This document shows, piece after piece, positions 25,446 through 38,207 of a DNA stretch of 64,000 nt. Positions within the stretch are counted from its first letter, which is position 1; every line of letters starts with the position of its first letter. The position numbers and the translations under genes were made by a program. The stretch covers positions 62,001 to 126,000 of the forward strand of contig NW_025765346.1 of assembly GCF_003918875.1 (NCBI RefSeq). The letters are read 5' to 3'. The notes under the pieces are model-generated. The model did not search any database and was not told where the DNA came from. It saw nothing but the letters and a program-made list of their open reading frames with translations. This DNA is from Haliotis rubra. Its lineage: Eukaryota.

Positions 25446-25631
25446 AAATCAATAAACAGCAAATGTAAAAGTCTCAATTTAGTTTCACTGTGACCGAGAC
25501 AAGGCAGAGACAGGTGATTTGTTGTGGCATTAGTTAGAAGACGATTTCTGTTGTCATTTATAACTGAAAAACTGTCCAGATAAAATAAGCTGTACTGTTG
25601 ACTGTAAGCTTATTAACGTAAATATCGAAGA

Positions 25632-28600
25632 ATGTCAGGGTCTGAATCTACTTTCATCCCCAACCACACGACACCGTTGGAGACTCCACCTTCACGACGA
25701 CGTAGTCCCAGATGTTTGTTCTACGTCGTCTTCGCCTTCTCCGTGTCTGTCAATGTGGCTTTAGCTGTGCTTTTCAGCGTACACATGCAAAACCCAGGGT
25801 CATTCCACCAGAAGAAGTCGGACGTATCTTCTGGTCAGCTTGATCATGGGGGTCATGATATGTGTTTTACTTGTGATCAGTTTGGTCCGATGGTCGAATC
25901 ACTGGACACTAACATCATTCGGACCTCCTCGCATCAGCTATGCTGTCAAAGAAGTAATACTGAGGTCAGGGAAGCATTCAAGAAGGTAGGCAGTTGTATC
26001 GAAACACGAATGTTCAGGCTTGTTTCAGAGAGAGTGTGCGAACCTGCATATGTATGTATGTATGTATGTCTGTATGTGTGTGTGTGCGTGTGTACGTACG
26101 TACGTACGTACATATCTATGTATGTGCGCACGATCATGACTGCATGCACATGCGTGTGTGTGTGTGCATGTATGTGAGTATGTATGAATGTATGTATGTG
26201 TGAGTGTGCATGCGTTCGCACGTGCATATATATGTATGTCTGTATGTGTGAGTGTGCGTGCGTGCGCACGTGCATATGTTTGTCTGTCTGTGCGCACGAT
26301 CATGACTGGATGCACATGCTTGTGTGTGTACATGTATGTGTGTATGTATGAATGTATAAATGTGTGAGTGTGCGTGAGTGCACACACGTGCATATGTATG
26401 TATGTGTGAGTGTGCTTGCATGCGCACATGCATATATCTGTCTGTCTGTCTGTACGTACGTATGTATGTACGCACGATAATGCCTGGATGTACATGCGTG
26501 TGGATGTGCATGTATGTGTGTGTGTTTGTGCGTGTGTTTGTATGCATATTCTGTTATTGAATGGCTGTGCTATATATTTCAGATGATCATTGACGAACTC
26601 AACAGACGAATTGCAGGTTTGTTAAGCTATTACATCAACACAGTTCACCGTAGTTACATGAAGCTGTTGTGACATGTGTCCAAGTATAACATGTATTCCT
26701 CAAACAGTTAACACCGTCTTGAGTTCAATACATTAATAAATTAAATATATGTTAACATATTTTGTTGATAGAGGAATACCTAACCCTCGTCACATGTTAT
26801 ATGTCATGATCTGAAACATTTAGCTTGATGTTTCATGAAAAGATTGAATTATTTACATGGATCAGTCATTAATAGACTGAAACATTTAATTCAATGTGCC
26901 ATGATTAGATGAAATCATTGAAGCATGAACCACAAATAGGTTAACAAAATTTCATCGATGTATCGTGGTTAGATTGTTTCATTTGCATCGATTATAATTC
27001 GATTGATTCAGGCAGAACCTATTAAAAGTATCATATGCACATATATGCGCCTTGATTGAGGCACTGGTCATCGTGACGTCATGCTATTGCTGCTACCGAG
27101 ATTGTATATACTCGAAAAACACAACACCGCACACTTTTTCATACGCCTGCAATCGGTCGGAGTATTGCTGCACTGAACCTTGCAAATTTTGGTGTTTAAC
27201 TGTGTTTGATTAATATATCATCTTTAAATGAAACAAATGCCTGGAGTCATCAACTGCAGATTGTTGTGTAATGTGCAATTCTATTTTCAGGGTCGGACCA
27301 GTTGAATTCCCCTGCTATGCTGAATGTCTTCTATGAAACCATTAACATTGGATCCACTGGCGCCCACCTCGACATGGTTCCAATCAAAGGTACAGCCACG
27401 CCGCGGGCCAAGAAGTATTGACACTCGATAAATCTCTCAGACCTTAATTTCGAAGCATAAATTTGAGTCCATGCATTCAAGTATGAGTGGGTGAGGTTTT
27501 ACGCCGTTTTAAGCAAAAATCCGGCACTATCACTGCGGGGGACACCAGAAATGGGCTTCATACCTTCTACTCATGTAAAGAATCGAAGCCCGATTTTCGA
27601 CGTGACAAGCGAACGCTCTAACCACTAGGCATTCCTCCTTTAATTATAAATGCAACTGTATACCACAGGCCCTCGTGTCTTTGCGAAGATTCAAGATTAA
27701 AAAAATGTTTTTGAGAATACCCCCGACTCGAAATGCACACAAATGGATGACGATATATCCGCACAAATGGGGGTGTGGTTGAAGCAAGCCTGCTGATTGG
27801 TCAACACATAAATTCACGGGATTTTTTTCTTTCATCGGCTGCTTAATGTAAGAATAATTTTCGAGCAATGGCTTCTCAAAAGAAAGCATCAGATGTAAAT
27901 GTCTATTCAACACTAACCAGAGGGCTTGCTTCGACCACACCCCCATTTTGTGCGGATATATCGTCATCCATTTGTGTCAAGATCGTTTAGTTGAGAGTCA
28001 AAATCGGGTTTCAATCGACTTGCAAAAATAACAATAAAGAATTGGTGGGTGTTATTAGTGGTGATCTATAGGCCAGTTATCCATACTATTATGTTAAATT
28101 AAGTTTAGATCGATTGCTTTCGATGGTAGCATAGTGATCGGCAAAGCAAAAGGGTAGGGTACACCGAAGTGCTCGGCCTTGTCATAATGTATTGTACTGT
28201 GAAGCATTTCGAGTCAGGGGTCATCTCAATTGTTTATATTTTTTTAACATATTTAATCCTCGCAAAGACACGAGGACCTGCGGTATATACGTGTATGTGT
28301 CGTTAGTTTGTCGGATTTGCATCAGTATGGTCAGATGACATGGACGACAACGTCTTTTGTATGCTGTTATTGTAGTGCACATATTTCTTGAATTTTTTTT
28401 ATATTTTTCACAAATTATTCTTAACAAAGGAAATCCGTATATGTAACTGACACTGTTCTTGTTCTTGTTGTGTCAGAAATAAATGCACTATAAAATTGTT
28501 ACCCATAAAGCCGCATTATAGTAGAATGTAGATTATGTTGTTACCCATAAAGTTGCATTATAGTAGAATGTAGAGGTTGTTACCCATAAAGTCGTAATAT

Positions 28601-29667
28601 AGTAGAATGTAGACGTTGTTACCCATAAAGTCGCATTCTAGTAGAATGTAGATTATATTGTTACCCATAAAGTCGCATTATAGTAGAATGTAGAAGTTGT
28701 TACCCATAAAGTCGCACTTTAGTAGAATGTAGATAATGTTTTTACCCATAAAGTCGCATTATAGTAGAATGTAGAAGTTGTTACCCATAAAGTCGCATTC
28801 TAATAGAATATAGATTATGTTGTTATCCATAAAGTCGCACTATAGTAGAATGTAGATTATGTTGTTACCCATCAAGTCGCATTCTAGTAGAATGTAGAAG
28901 TTGTTACTCATAAAGTCGCATTATAGTAGAATGTAGATCATGTTGTTACCCATAAAGTCGCATTATATTAAAATGTTGAAGTTGCAAGACTCAAAATCGC
29001 ATTATAGTGGAAGCTCTTACCCATAAAGTCGCATTATAATTGAATGTAGAATTTGTTTCCAAAACAGTCGCACTAATAGAATATACAAGTTGTTACCTAT
29101 AAAGTTGCCTGCCTTTGTTGCAGGTCACAACTCCTAAAATGCAGATAGTAGTACTGATCAAATTTAAACCCAACATACTTATCCTTCTACTATGAACATT
29201 ATTTAACGTCTGTGAAAAATACACAACCAATGTCAAAACTATCCAAAGATAGTTCTAACGTCTGGCCAAAGATAGTTCTAACGTCTTTGTATTTTCCAGG
29301 CTCGAAACCAGCATGGACCATCTACGATGACTACAGCATGTCGTATTGTGCCAATGTCGTGTGTGATAACGGAACGATCAGAGTTCCAGGCGCAGGGAGG
29401 TACCTCGTATACTCGCACATAACGCTTAACGTAACCCGAGACACTATCTTCACTCACCGGATACATCGGAACGGGGAAAACACGGTCCCGTTGCTGATAA
29501 GCAAGGTCTCAATCACAGGGACAGATTCCCCTCGGCGAACCTCGTTTCTCTCTGCCGTTTTGAAACTAAAAGAACACGATGTCATCAGCGTATATATACT
29601 GGATGAGTATTATGATCTAGTCGAAAAGAGCAGGTTTTCAAACTACCTGGGTTTATTTAGACTCTGA
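25632..29667 (+). CDS. TNF superfamily ligand 1 (type II membrane protein, 284 aa); exons 25632-25985, 26583-26616, 27291-27389, 29300-29667
   Basis: N-terminal TM helix LFYVVFAFSVSVNVALAVLF; TNF homology domain motifs TGAHL, W, GRYLVYSHITL, TSFLSAVLKL..D.ISV and NYLGLFRL; all introns GT-AG with consistent phases 0/1/1. Confidence 0.9.
26050..26545. repeat. Compound TG/TATG/TGCG microsatellite in intron 1
   Basis: Low-complexity alternating purine-pyrimidine tract. Confidence 0.85.
27737..27977. mobile_element. Foldback element or MITE in intron 3 of TNF ligand 1
   Basis: About 54-bp near-perfect inverted arms (27737-27790, 27923-27977) ACACAAATGGATGACGATATATCCGCACAAA..GGGGGTGTGGTYGAAGCAAGCC. 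Confidence 0.75.
28495..29105. repeat. 39/42-bp minisatellite, about 15 copies, intronic
   Basis: GTTGTTACCCATAAAGTCGCATTATAGTAGAATGTAGA with largely alternating A / TTAT spacers. Confidence 0.9.
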
Positions 29668-29745
29668 GGTTGGGTGAAAAGTGGTTTAACGCCACGTTCA
29701 AGATTACACTGTAAGAGTGCGTCTCTCTCTCTCTCTCCCACCCTC

Positions 29746-29839
<94 letters not shown>

Positions 29840-29840
29840 A

Positions 29841-30009
29841 GGGGCGGTGGGGTAGCCTCATTGGTTAAAGCGTTGGCTAGTCACCCCGAAGACCCGGGTT
29901 CGAATCCCCACATGGGCACAATGTGTGAAGCCCATTTCTGGTGTTCCCCGCCGTGATGTAGCTGGAATATTGCTAAAAGCGGCGTAAAACCAAACTCAGT
30001 CAGTCAGTC
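29841..30009 (+). mobile_element. tRNA-derived SINE family A, full length, in the 3' UTR region of TNF ligand 1 (preceded by a (CT)n tract at 29721-29834)
   Basis: A box TAGCCTCATTGG, B box GGTTCGAATCC, core TGTGAAGCCCATTTCTGGTGT and shared tail; AATAAA at 30107. Confidence 0.9.
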
Positions 30010-31349
30010 TTATATTATAGTGCATGATGCCGTATGTGAGTAATTTTCGTACATAATGATTGCCGTTTATGTAAAATTCCGAGTTAAACATTGAAATAAT
30101 ATAACCAATAAAATTTAATCTTTATAAATGGTTTTCTTTTTTGAGTCATATCCGCTCCGTGATCACTGGATTGTTTGGTCTAGACTCGATTATTTACAAG
30201 TTGTTGAATTTCGTGTCAGCTTCATTGAAGAATCCCGAAGTAGGGCAAGTAATTCAATACGTTGATAACACACACCAGCAATGGTTGTAGGTCGTTTCAT
30301 ACAAGAATGATCAGGATGAACATGGGATTCGAACTCATGGTGAGTGGAGACACACACACACACGCACGCACGCGCACGCACGCACACACACACACACACA
30401 CCATCCATTTCATTACTGGGTATAACCAACACGCTATTACTCAGTTCCGTTTCATAAATATTTACCAACATAATCCAATGATAAATAATAATAACGAGCA
30501 AAGATATCATATCAAAACTGGAAACTTTATTGTCAGAGTGAATTTGGGGAAATTTGTAAGACTCACCATGACTACTAATTGATACACATGTCCGACCAGG
30601 ATGTACCTATTTATAAACTGTCCAACTTCCTTAAAAAGCATGGCTTCCTCGTAATTCAGGTCATTGGTATTCTTGACTGTGACATGTACAAAGTACATTC
30701 TGAAATAAACAATGTTTCAATTATCCACGTTTGTGTTCAGGTGCAATAAATCTGTTTGGCCCCATCCGTTTTATATTTTTGTTATGTTCTGGCGAATTCA
30801 AAGATAACGTAACGAATGATTATTTTTTCCGCTCGTGCCAGGGCGAAGCAATACTCTCTATTTTGAATATGATCTGTATACCCTATGTTTGCAAATTGTG
30901 TATTGTTCAACATGGAGTTGCAACACAGATATTGATCGCAATGTGTGTGTTCAAAGCCTATGGTTACCAAATGCATCATCTTTATCTACTTTCACTTTCG
31001 ATATTCTAAGAAATGCAAAGGAAACAAGATTCCCAGAAGCGCTGTACCAAAAACGTGTATAGAATACATCTGTTATAACCTGGAAACCAAATTCCTGGAA
31101 ACATTGTGCCAGAGACGTGTATGGAATATGTCTGTTGTCTGACATCATTTCTGCCACGAGATATAAAGTAGGCTGTGGTGAGTACCCTAACAGGTCTAAC
31201 ACATTAACAACAATAGACACAAGTGTGTCACAGACTAACGTACGCTCGATTGTAGTGACCTCAACGCTGACCTGTATAATAGACATATATCGGACTGTTC
31301 CTGCGGTATTACACCGAAAAGACTTAACACTACTTCTGTGCGCGTGTAG

Positions 31350-31510
31350 AGGCGATGGGGTAGCGTAGTGGTTAAAGCGTTCGTTCGTCACGCCAAAGAC
31401 CCGGGTTCGATTCCCCACATGGGTACAATATGTGAAGCACATTTGTGGTGTCCCCCGCCGTGATACAGCTGGAATATTGCCAAAAGCGGCGTAAAACTAA
31501 AACTCACTCT
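31350..31510 (+). mobile_element. tRNA-derived SINE family A
   Basis: Same A/B boxes, core and tail as 29841-30009; further copies at about 12920, 24880, 27485, 33726, 35380, 36285, 42360, 46155, 55770 and 59110. Confidence 0.9.
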
Positions 31511-32509
31511 TTACGCGTGTAAAGTATACACAGATAACATGTATTTCTAATCCATTGGCTATAACCTTGAATCCCTTATAAATGGAAACATATTTGACTA
31601 CGCTTAAAAATATGATTTAAAAAAAAATCAATCCACAAGTTTATCACAAAATCAAAACGTTTCAAAACTTTTAATACCAATGTAACTTAAATTTGTATAA
31701 GGATACGTATCAATGAATCTCCATATGTTCCTTATTCCTTTAAGTATTTCGGAAACCCAAACTGTGTCTGACCAATTGCTTATACATGTGTTCTTCTGAT
31801 AAATTTTGATAACATCACAAGTACATCTCAGACCAATGTGTTTTCACCATGCTTCTGTTTTTCTGTGTAACACGCAGTTGTTACTTTGTATGAAGATGTA
31901 CATCATGTTCTGATTTAAAATTTGTGTTATATGTTGCAAATGAATTATGATAACACAATACCATTTAAAAATGGTCAAACGTAACATATGTTATATTTGG
32001 GGTTGCACTTTTTTAGTCAAGTATAGATTCTAGTACTTGGGTAGGGTTGAATCATATCCGGGATTCCAACCCACACCGTCAGAGTCAGGCACCTAATCGC
32101 CATCACACAAGGTCAGCAGTCCAACCCACTCAGCCATCGCAACTTCCACCAACATGGAGGTCGGACAACTGTTAGTCAGACCAAGGACTTTGTGTACCCC
32201 TCTGATAAGTGAAAGATGTTGGACTCAACCCAACAAAAGTAATAGAATCCGTACTTTACTAAGAGAGTGTAATCAAAGATATAACGTATGTTGCAAATGC
32301 ATTAGACACATAAAGTTGTGAAATGGACCTAAACTGTCAAAGCATTAGTCGTAACGTTGTAAAATCGACCTGTAGTGACTAAACCAGACGCACGAGGTGC
32401 AAATGTTCGGCGACGACGTTGTCCACATAACTCATACTAAATAAGACATACATGTTCACGGTTTATAAAAGGGCACTGAACAGATCAGTTATCTGACATA
32501 TATCAGGTT

Positions 32510-32810
32510 GTAAATGGACCTGCACTGTTCTCAAGTCAGACACATTTTATAAAATGGACCTGAACTGTACTCAAGTCAGACACATTTATAAAATGGACCG
32601 GAACTGTACTCAAGTCAGATATATTTTATAAAATGGACCCAAACAGTACTCAAGTCAGACACTTTATATAAAAAGGACCTGAACTGTACTCAAGTCAGAC
32701 ACATTTTATCAAATGGACCTGAACTGTACTCAAGTCAGACACATTTTATCAAATGCACCTGAACTGTCCTTGCATTGGACAAAAAAAATTTGTGAAATGG
32801 ACCTGAACTT
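32510..32810. repeat. 40-bp minisatellite, about 7 copies, upstream of TNF ligand 2
   Basis: AAATGGACCTGAACTGTACTCAAGTCAGACACATTTTAT repeated. Confidence 0.85.
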
Positions 32811-33268
32811 GCAAATTGCGACACAGTCATGATGTGCAAACGTTCGACATTACGCATGAGTGGTGAAAACTGTAGTCAGATGCAGTGAATTGAAACATGA
32901 ATCGTCAAGGTTGCAATGGGAGAGACGAAGCAGAACATACACCTGTCGTTTCGTTTTCTGCACTGGTAGAAGGAAAGAGAAAGTAGGTCTTCGTTGCTTC
33001 ATGGAAATAGTGAAGTAATGGTTTCAGGGAACTATGTGTTGCAGTGTGGGTAATGTAAACCTGCTTTCGTCTCTTGATCAATGATTAATGAGCCAGTCTG
33101 TGTGATATCTCAAAGCTACGCTACCACCGTCTTTGTTGTGTAGTAGTGAACATACATTTTACATGGCGGTTAACGAGAGGATATAACACAAATGTAATCA
33201 CCAATGTTAGATTAACTGCACGTGTGGATTAGACCTATGCTTATCATCGACACGTATATTCCCAGAAA

Positions 33269-34121
33269 ATGTGCGAGCCTGAATCTGCGTTGCTGCCCTC
33301 GGACACAACGTCATCTGCAGCGGACACAACGTCATGTCCATCGCCGTCACGCCAGCGACGTCATCCAGGAGGTTTGTTTTACGCCATCATCACTGTATCG
33401 CTCACTGGAAACATTCTACTGGTTGTCGTGGTTACCGCCCAAACACTAAGGACGTCTCGTGACTCTCTTAAGAACAGTGCAGGGGGATTCTCACATTCGC
33501 TTAGCCACGTGGACACAGCCGAAGTCTGTTTCACCTGTGATCAACTGGGTCCGCTGATCGAATCCAAAGACACTCTCTATGGCGTCATACGACTCTCTTC
33601 TGGACACACGTTTTGTTGTCAGAGACAGAATAATGGCATCACCAAGGTTTTCAAAAAGGTGATTATTTGTTACTAGAAAGGGAATATGCATAATACGTTT
33701 GGTAAGTTTTTGTTTTAACAGTTTTAGGGGCGGTAGCTTAGTGGTAAAGCGTCACGCCGAAGACGCGGTTTCGATTCCCCACACGTGTACAATGTGTGAA
33801 GCCCATTTCTGGTGTCCCCCGCCGTGATATTGCTGGAATATTGCTAAAAGCGGCTTAAAACCAAACTCACTCACTTTAACAGTTTGACCAAGTATGTATG
33901 CTTTAACATGCATGTGGGAGTATTGCTCAAAATATTGCATCCACTGTGATTACAAAGTTTCTATCGTTAAAACCAGTTATTCTTCAGTGAAACAAAACAA
34001 TACATTGTATTCATGTTTGACAGAGGACGTTTAACACAATAATATGAACTATGGAAAATGTTTTCATCAATTTCCTGAATGATATGCTGTTGGAATGGCG
34101 TTTCTGATACGTACTTCTTCT

Positions 34122-34175
<54 letters not shown>

Positions 34176-34234
34176 CAATAGCAACAGCAGTAACAGTACC
34201 GTCTATAACAGAAGTAATAGTAGTAGAAATTGTT

Positions 34235-34283
<49 letters not shown>

Positions 34284-37121
34284 ACGATTTTTGTGGTAGA
34301 AGTGGGTGCAATACATTGAGTAAAGTCAGTTGTGTAGTTATTTTAAACGTAACTGTAACCTAGTTTTATTGTCCACGAGGCTTTGTTTGTAAACACACGC
34401 ACACTTAGTTCCCAAAGAGCAACTCATGTAACCAACAATACAACCCCGTGTTTACGTTCTACATTATCTGTGTCAAGGCCAGCTACAACACACGATCCTC
34501 TGTCAGCTTCAAATTTACTGTCAGTTACACATTAGGCTCTTTTGTAACCAGCTGTTGACGTTATGCATTATGTCACAAGAATAGTGCTATCGGTAGTGGG
34601 GCGATATGCGTTCTGACCTAGTTGTAATGTAAACACATATTTTACCTTGACATGTCAGGTTGTTTAACCGACTGTACTGCATGGTCAAAGTTCGTGTTTC
34701 CAAACAAAGTGGTATAGTTAACGCGGTGTGAGACACATGCATACATGCATACATGCATACAAAACCCGTGAATTAGCTTTTCCATGCAATTTATACGATG
34801 TGGAGCTCACTCACCAGAATGTTAAAGATTTGGGAGAGTAGCCAAGTAGTCAAAGTAGTCACTGGTCGCGACGGAGGTTTGGGTTTGGTTCGATTGGGTC
34901 TGCCATAATATTGCTGGGATTTTCTCACTGATGGATGTTGGTCTGGGTTCTAATGTATTATCTGTTGTTTTCAATGTGTAATGTCATCATACGTATTAAT
35001 GTTCACGATATCGACCATCAGTACGTACTAAGCCAGTCTCATTCGACTCTAAATCATGTTGTTTAGCTGACAAAATGAACACAATGTACTCGATGCTGTG
35101 TTCCACGAACTCTAAACATTTTTTTCCAGATCGTATCGGACGAATATCTAAGGCGACTTACAGGTAAGGTAATTCACAGATGTTCTTGCCTCACCCTCTT
35201 TCGCTGTGCCATTCTTTCGTGACACCCCGCCCTTAATCTCATCACCACTCCCATATTACAAGACAATTAAACTAAACCTTCTCATTCACTCAAAATAGTA
35301 AAGGACAGGGATTGCACAACTTCAAATTGACTGACAGTAAGCGTCACCTTGTTAGCATATGCTCAATTCTCATTGAGTACGCAAGTGGTTAAAGCGTTCG
35401 CTCGTAACACCTAAGACCCGGGTTCGATTCCCTGAATGGTAGAGTATGGGGACCCCATTTATGATGTCCACCGCCGTGATAATGTTGGAATATTTCGACT
35501 TTCGAATTAATATACGACTAATATTTGAAATAAGTAATTGAAATAATCTCCAATGCAGTTAAACCACTTGACAGTACATTTCAGGACGGGAGCCATCAGA
35601 TAGGGGCTGCGAGGACACGGGCTGGATATCAACAGAGGATCAACAGGGGCTCACCTTTATATGGTTCCTCAAGAAGGTAACGTGTGACGGAAATGTAGCT
35701 CCGGATACTACCTTTTCCACTGAAGGCGACAAAAATTCCACTTCAGGTTAACTAATAATGTGTATGTGGTGGTGGCACGTGGTCCTGCATATTTCAGGGT
35801 CAGAGGTACACAAAGAATTCCAACGTAGGTATGTAAAAACAGATGCTCATTAAGTACATATTTTACTGGTCCGTTTCACAGTCCCCGAACCACATTACTT
35901 TTCTTCTACACAGCCCTTCGAGAAATGCTTAACCCTGAGTGAAGCAACGCTAGATTTCCTCAGGTTTAGGGATGTCCAAACTCCCTGGGGCTTCTTTTTA
36001 ATTTAAACGAAATTATTGTTTCCACCAACATTGTGTATATTGAAAGACTAAGCATTAGCCAAATATTTTACGCCCAGTTCCGAGTTCAAACCATACGTGG
36101 GTATAATGTTTAGAAATCCCATTCCTGGTGTCTCTCTCAAGGAACGTTCTACAAGGGTTGTAAATCTACAGTTCTACAAGAACGCGTTAGTTAAAATAAT
36201 GGCCTTTTGTAAACGATACGCTGACAAGATATCATTAATTTATTCTTGAAATTCTTCATTGATATCGTTGTAAAATGTTATATGTGGCCTAGTGTTTAAA
36301 GCGTTCGCTCGTCACGTTAAAGGGCCTGGTTTTGATTTCCAACATGGTCACAATGTGTGAAGATCATTTCTGGTGTCCTTGCTTTAATATTGCTAAAAGC
36401 GGTGTAAAACATACTCACTCTCACTGGTATCTGGACTTACTTTCCTTTGTTTCATAGTTTCATACCTAGAGTAACTTCTGAAGGTTCGGGTTAGAATTAA
36501 TCTTCAGTAACCCCCCATGATTGTCATAAGAGGCGACTTACGGGATCGGGTGGTCAGGCTCGCTGGCTTGGTTGACGCATGCCATCGTATCCCAATTGCG
36601 CAGATCGACGCTCATGCTGTTGATCACTGGATTGTCTGGTCCAGACTCGATTATTTACAGACCGCCGCCATATAGCTGGAATATTGCTAAGTGCGGCGCA
36701 AAACTAAACTCACTCATTCACTCTAAATGCAGATTCACCGCCATCATGGACAAGACGCGATATCTACAACACATCGTTTTGCGCAAACGTTGTGTGTGAT
36801 AATGGAAATATTGTCGTCCCAGCAGCTGGTACCTATCTGGTGTACTCCCATATCACGTTCAACACACCACCAGCCTCTGAGGACACCTTCATGCACGTCA
36901 TACAACGATGGAACCGGAACTTGCCAGGCCTGGGGCAGAAACCCGTGCTGTTCAGTAAAACATCGCTCACATGGACAGCAGCTCCGCAGCAAACATCTTT
37001 TCTGTCCGCCATTGTGAAACTCCGCAGAGAAGACCACGTCCGGGTTACCATGTCAGAGAACGTTTATGATGTGGTTGAGATGAGGACGCTTTCAAATTAT
37101 TTCGGTGTGATTAAAATGTAA
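33269..37121 (+). CDS. TNF superfamily ligand 2; exons 33269-33658, 35130-35163, 35585-35676, 36733-37121; apparent 1-bp frameshift in exon 3 (pseudogene or assembly error)
   Basis: Paralog of ligand 1: TM helix, CFTCDQLGP...CCQR, 34-nt exon 2, STGAHL, CANVVCDNG, GTYLVYSHITF, TSFLSAIVKL and NYFGVIKM; exon 3 is 92 nt, not a multiple of 3. Confidence 0.8.
34122..34282. repeat. (TAG)n microsatellite, interrupted
   Basis: Two TAG runs in intron 1 of ligand 2. Confidence 0.9.
36475..36722 (+). mobile_element. SINE family B abutting the splice acceptor of the last exon of TNF ligand 2
   Basis: Full family B sequence; tail ends about 10 nt before the AG at 36731-36732. Confidence 0.85.
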
Positions 37122-37364
37122 ATTTGTGTCTAACATTGTGAGAGCTGGCGATAGGGTGATGAGTATGAATTATTATCTGTGTGTATTCCACTCTCTGAGA
37201 AAAGACACCTACAGCTAACACACACTGTTGACTGAGACACTACAGAAATAGTTGCACGATGTTACACGTATTCATCTATCTGTATGGAACCATCATAACT
37301 ACATAATAAGAACGATTAACAAAATATAATAGTCAACGCTGTCTTTCTTTTTTTCCCTTACATA

Positions 37365-38207
37365 TACTAAACAGCAACAGAAACGCAAGTCTGTCTTTTT
37401 GTCACGTTTTTAAATAGAACACAACCAAAATTATGTCTAATCATTTATTCTACAGAAAACACTGTCAATTTAACAGCTGAAAGTTGCTGTTGACATTGAA
37501 TTGCAATAAGTCGAAACTGATTACAGTCTGTCAAATGGTGATACGCGTAAAGTGACAGTCTCCTTAGTGGCGCGTATAGCCACCTTGAGCTTGCACAGGC
37601 CGTGCAACGTCGCCTCATTGAGTTCACTAGAGCCTGAAAGAATGCCTGAGACAAGTGGTTCCACTCTAATACCAATCTCTGTTCCAACTGTGCAAGTGTG
37701 AGTGGCTGTTTGCCTGCAGCAATCCTCCGTCCAATGAGTTGTCACTCGTGGCTGTCCGGTACTGGAACGATCAGCAGCAACCCCGGTTTGCTGATGGCGT
37801 TGAGCAAGTGGTGTAATGGTGGTAAGATGACAGCCCAATTGTCTAGCTACAGCAGTTGCAAAGCTACCTCCGTGCAACTTTCCAATGGCCATTCGGATCC
37901 CCTCTGCTCAGTCGTTATTTTAGGCATTGCTTGTGTGGCGTGCACACCTTCTAGCGTCAATACCTTTATAAAGGATACCTCAGAGTGAAATGCATGCCTC
38001 CAACCCAGAACCGTCGATGCACGTGCTAAAATTATGGTTTTGCTGCTCTGTGGGTGTGTTTGTGCGAATGTTTCGTATGGACGTCAAATTGCATGACATC
38101 ATCTCTTTTGGGCTCCTTACGTCACCTATCATGAACTTCCCATAAAATTAACGATTACTTTTATGAGATTTCATTTTTTCGTAACTTGCGTTTTTTGCTG
38201 TTCAGTG
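37365..38207 (-). mobile_element. Internally deleted, degenerate Tc1 element
   Basis: TIRs CACTGAACAGCAA(A/C)AGAAACGCAAGT with flanking TA; residual AIGKL..VARQLGCH..TI..L..R..QTG..ADR..GQPRVTT and C-terminal EWNHL...LVNSMRRRC; catalytic core missing. Confidence 0.85.

Noticed and set aside
25946-26560. His/Thr- and Cys/Val-rich ORFs
   Set aside because: Microsatellite translations within intron 1 of TNF ligand 1
29841-29915. tRNA-like sequence with A and B boxes (also other family A heads and 32040-32150)
   Set aside because: Continues into a SINE body and tail in many diverged copies; not genuine tRNA genes
30507-31368. Cluster of short ORFs between TNF ligands 1 and 2 as an extra gene
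   Set aside because: No consistent exon chain, TM/Cys stalk or TNF motifs; partly SINE-derived
33967-34363. Poly-Thr / poly-Val ORFs suggesting a mucin or TM protein
   Set aside because: Translations of the (TAG)n microsatellite
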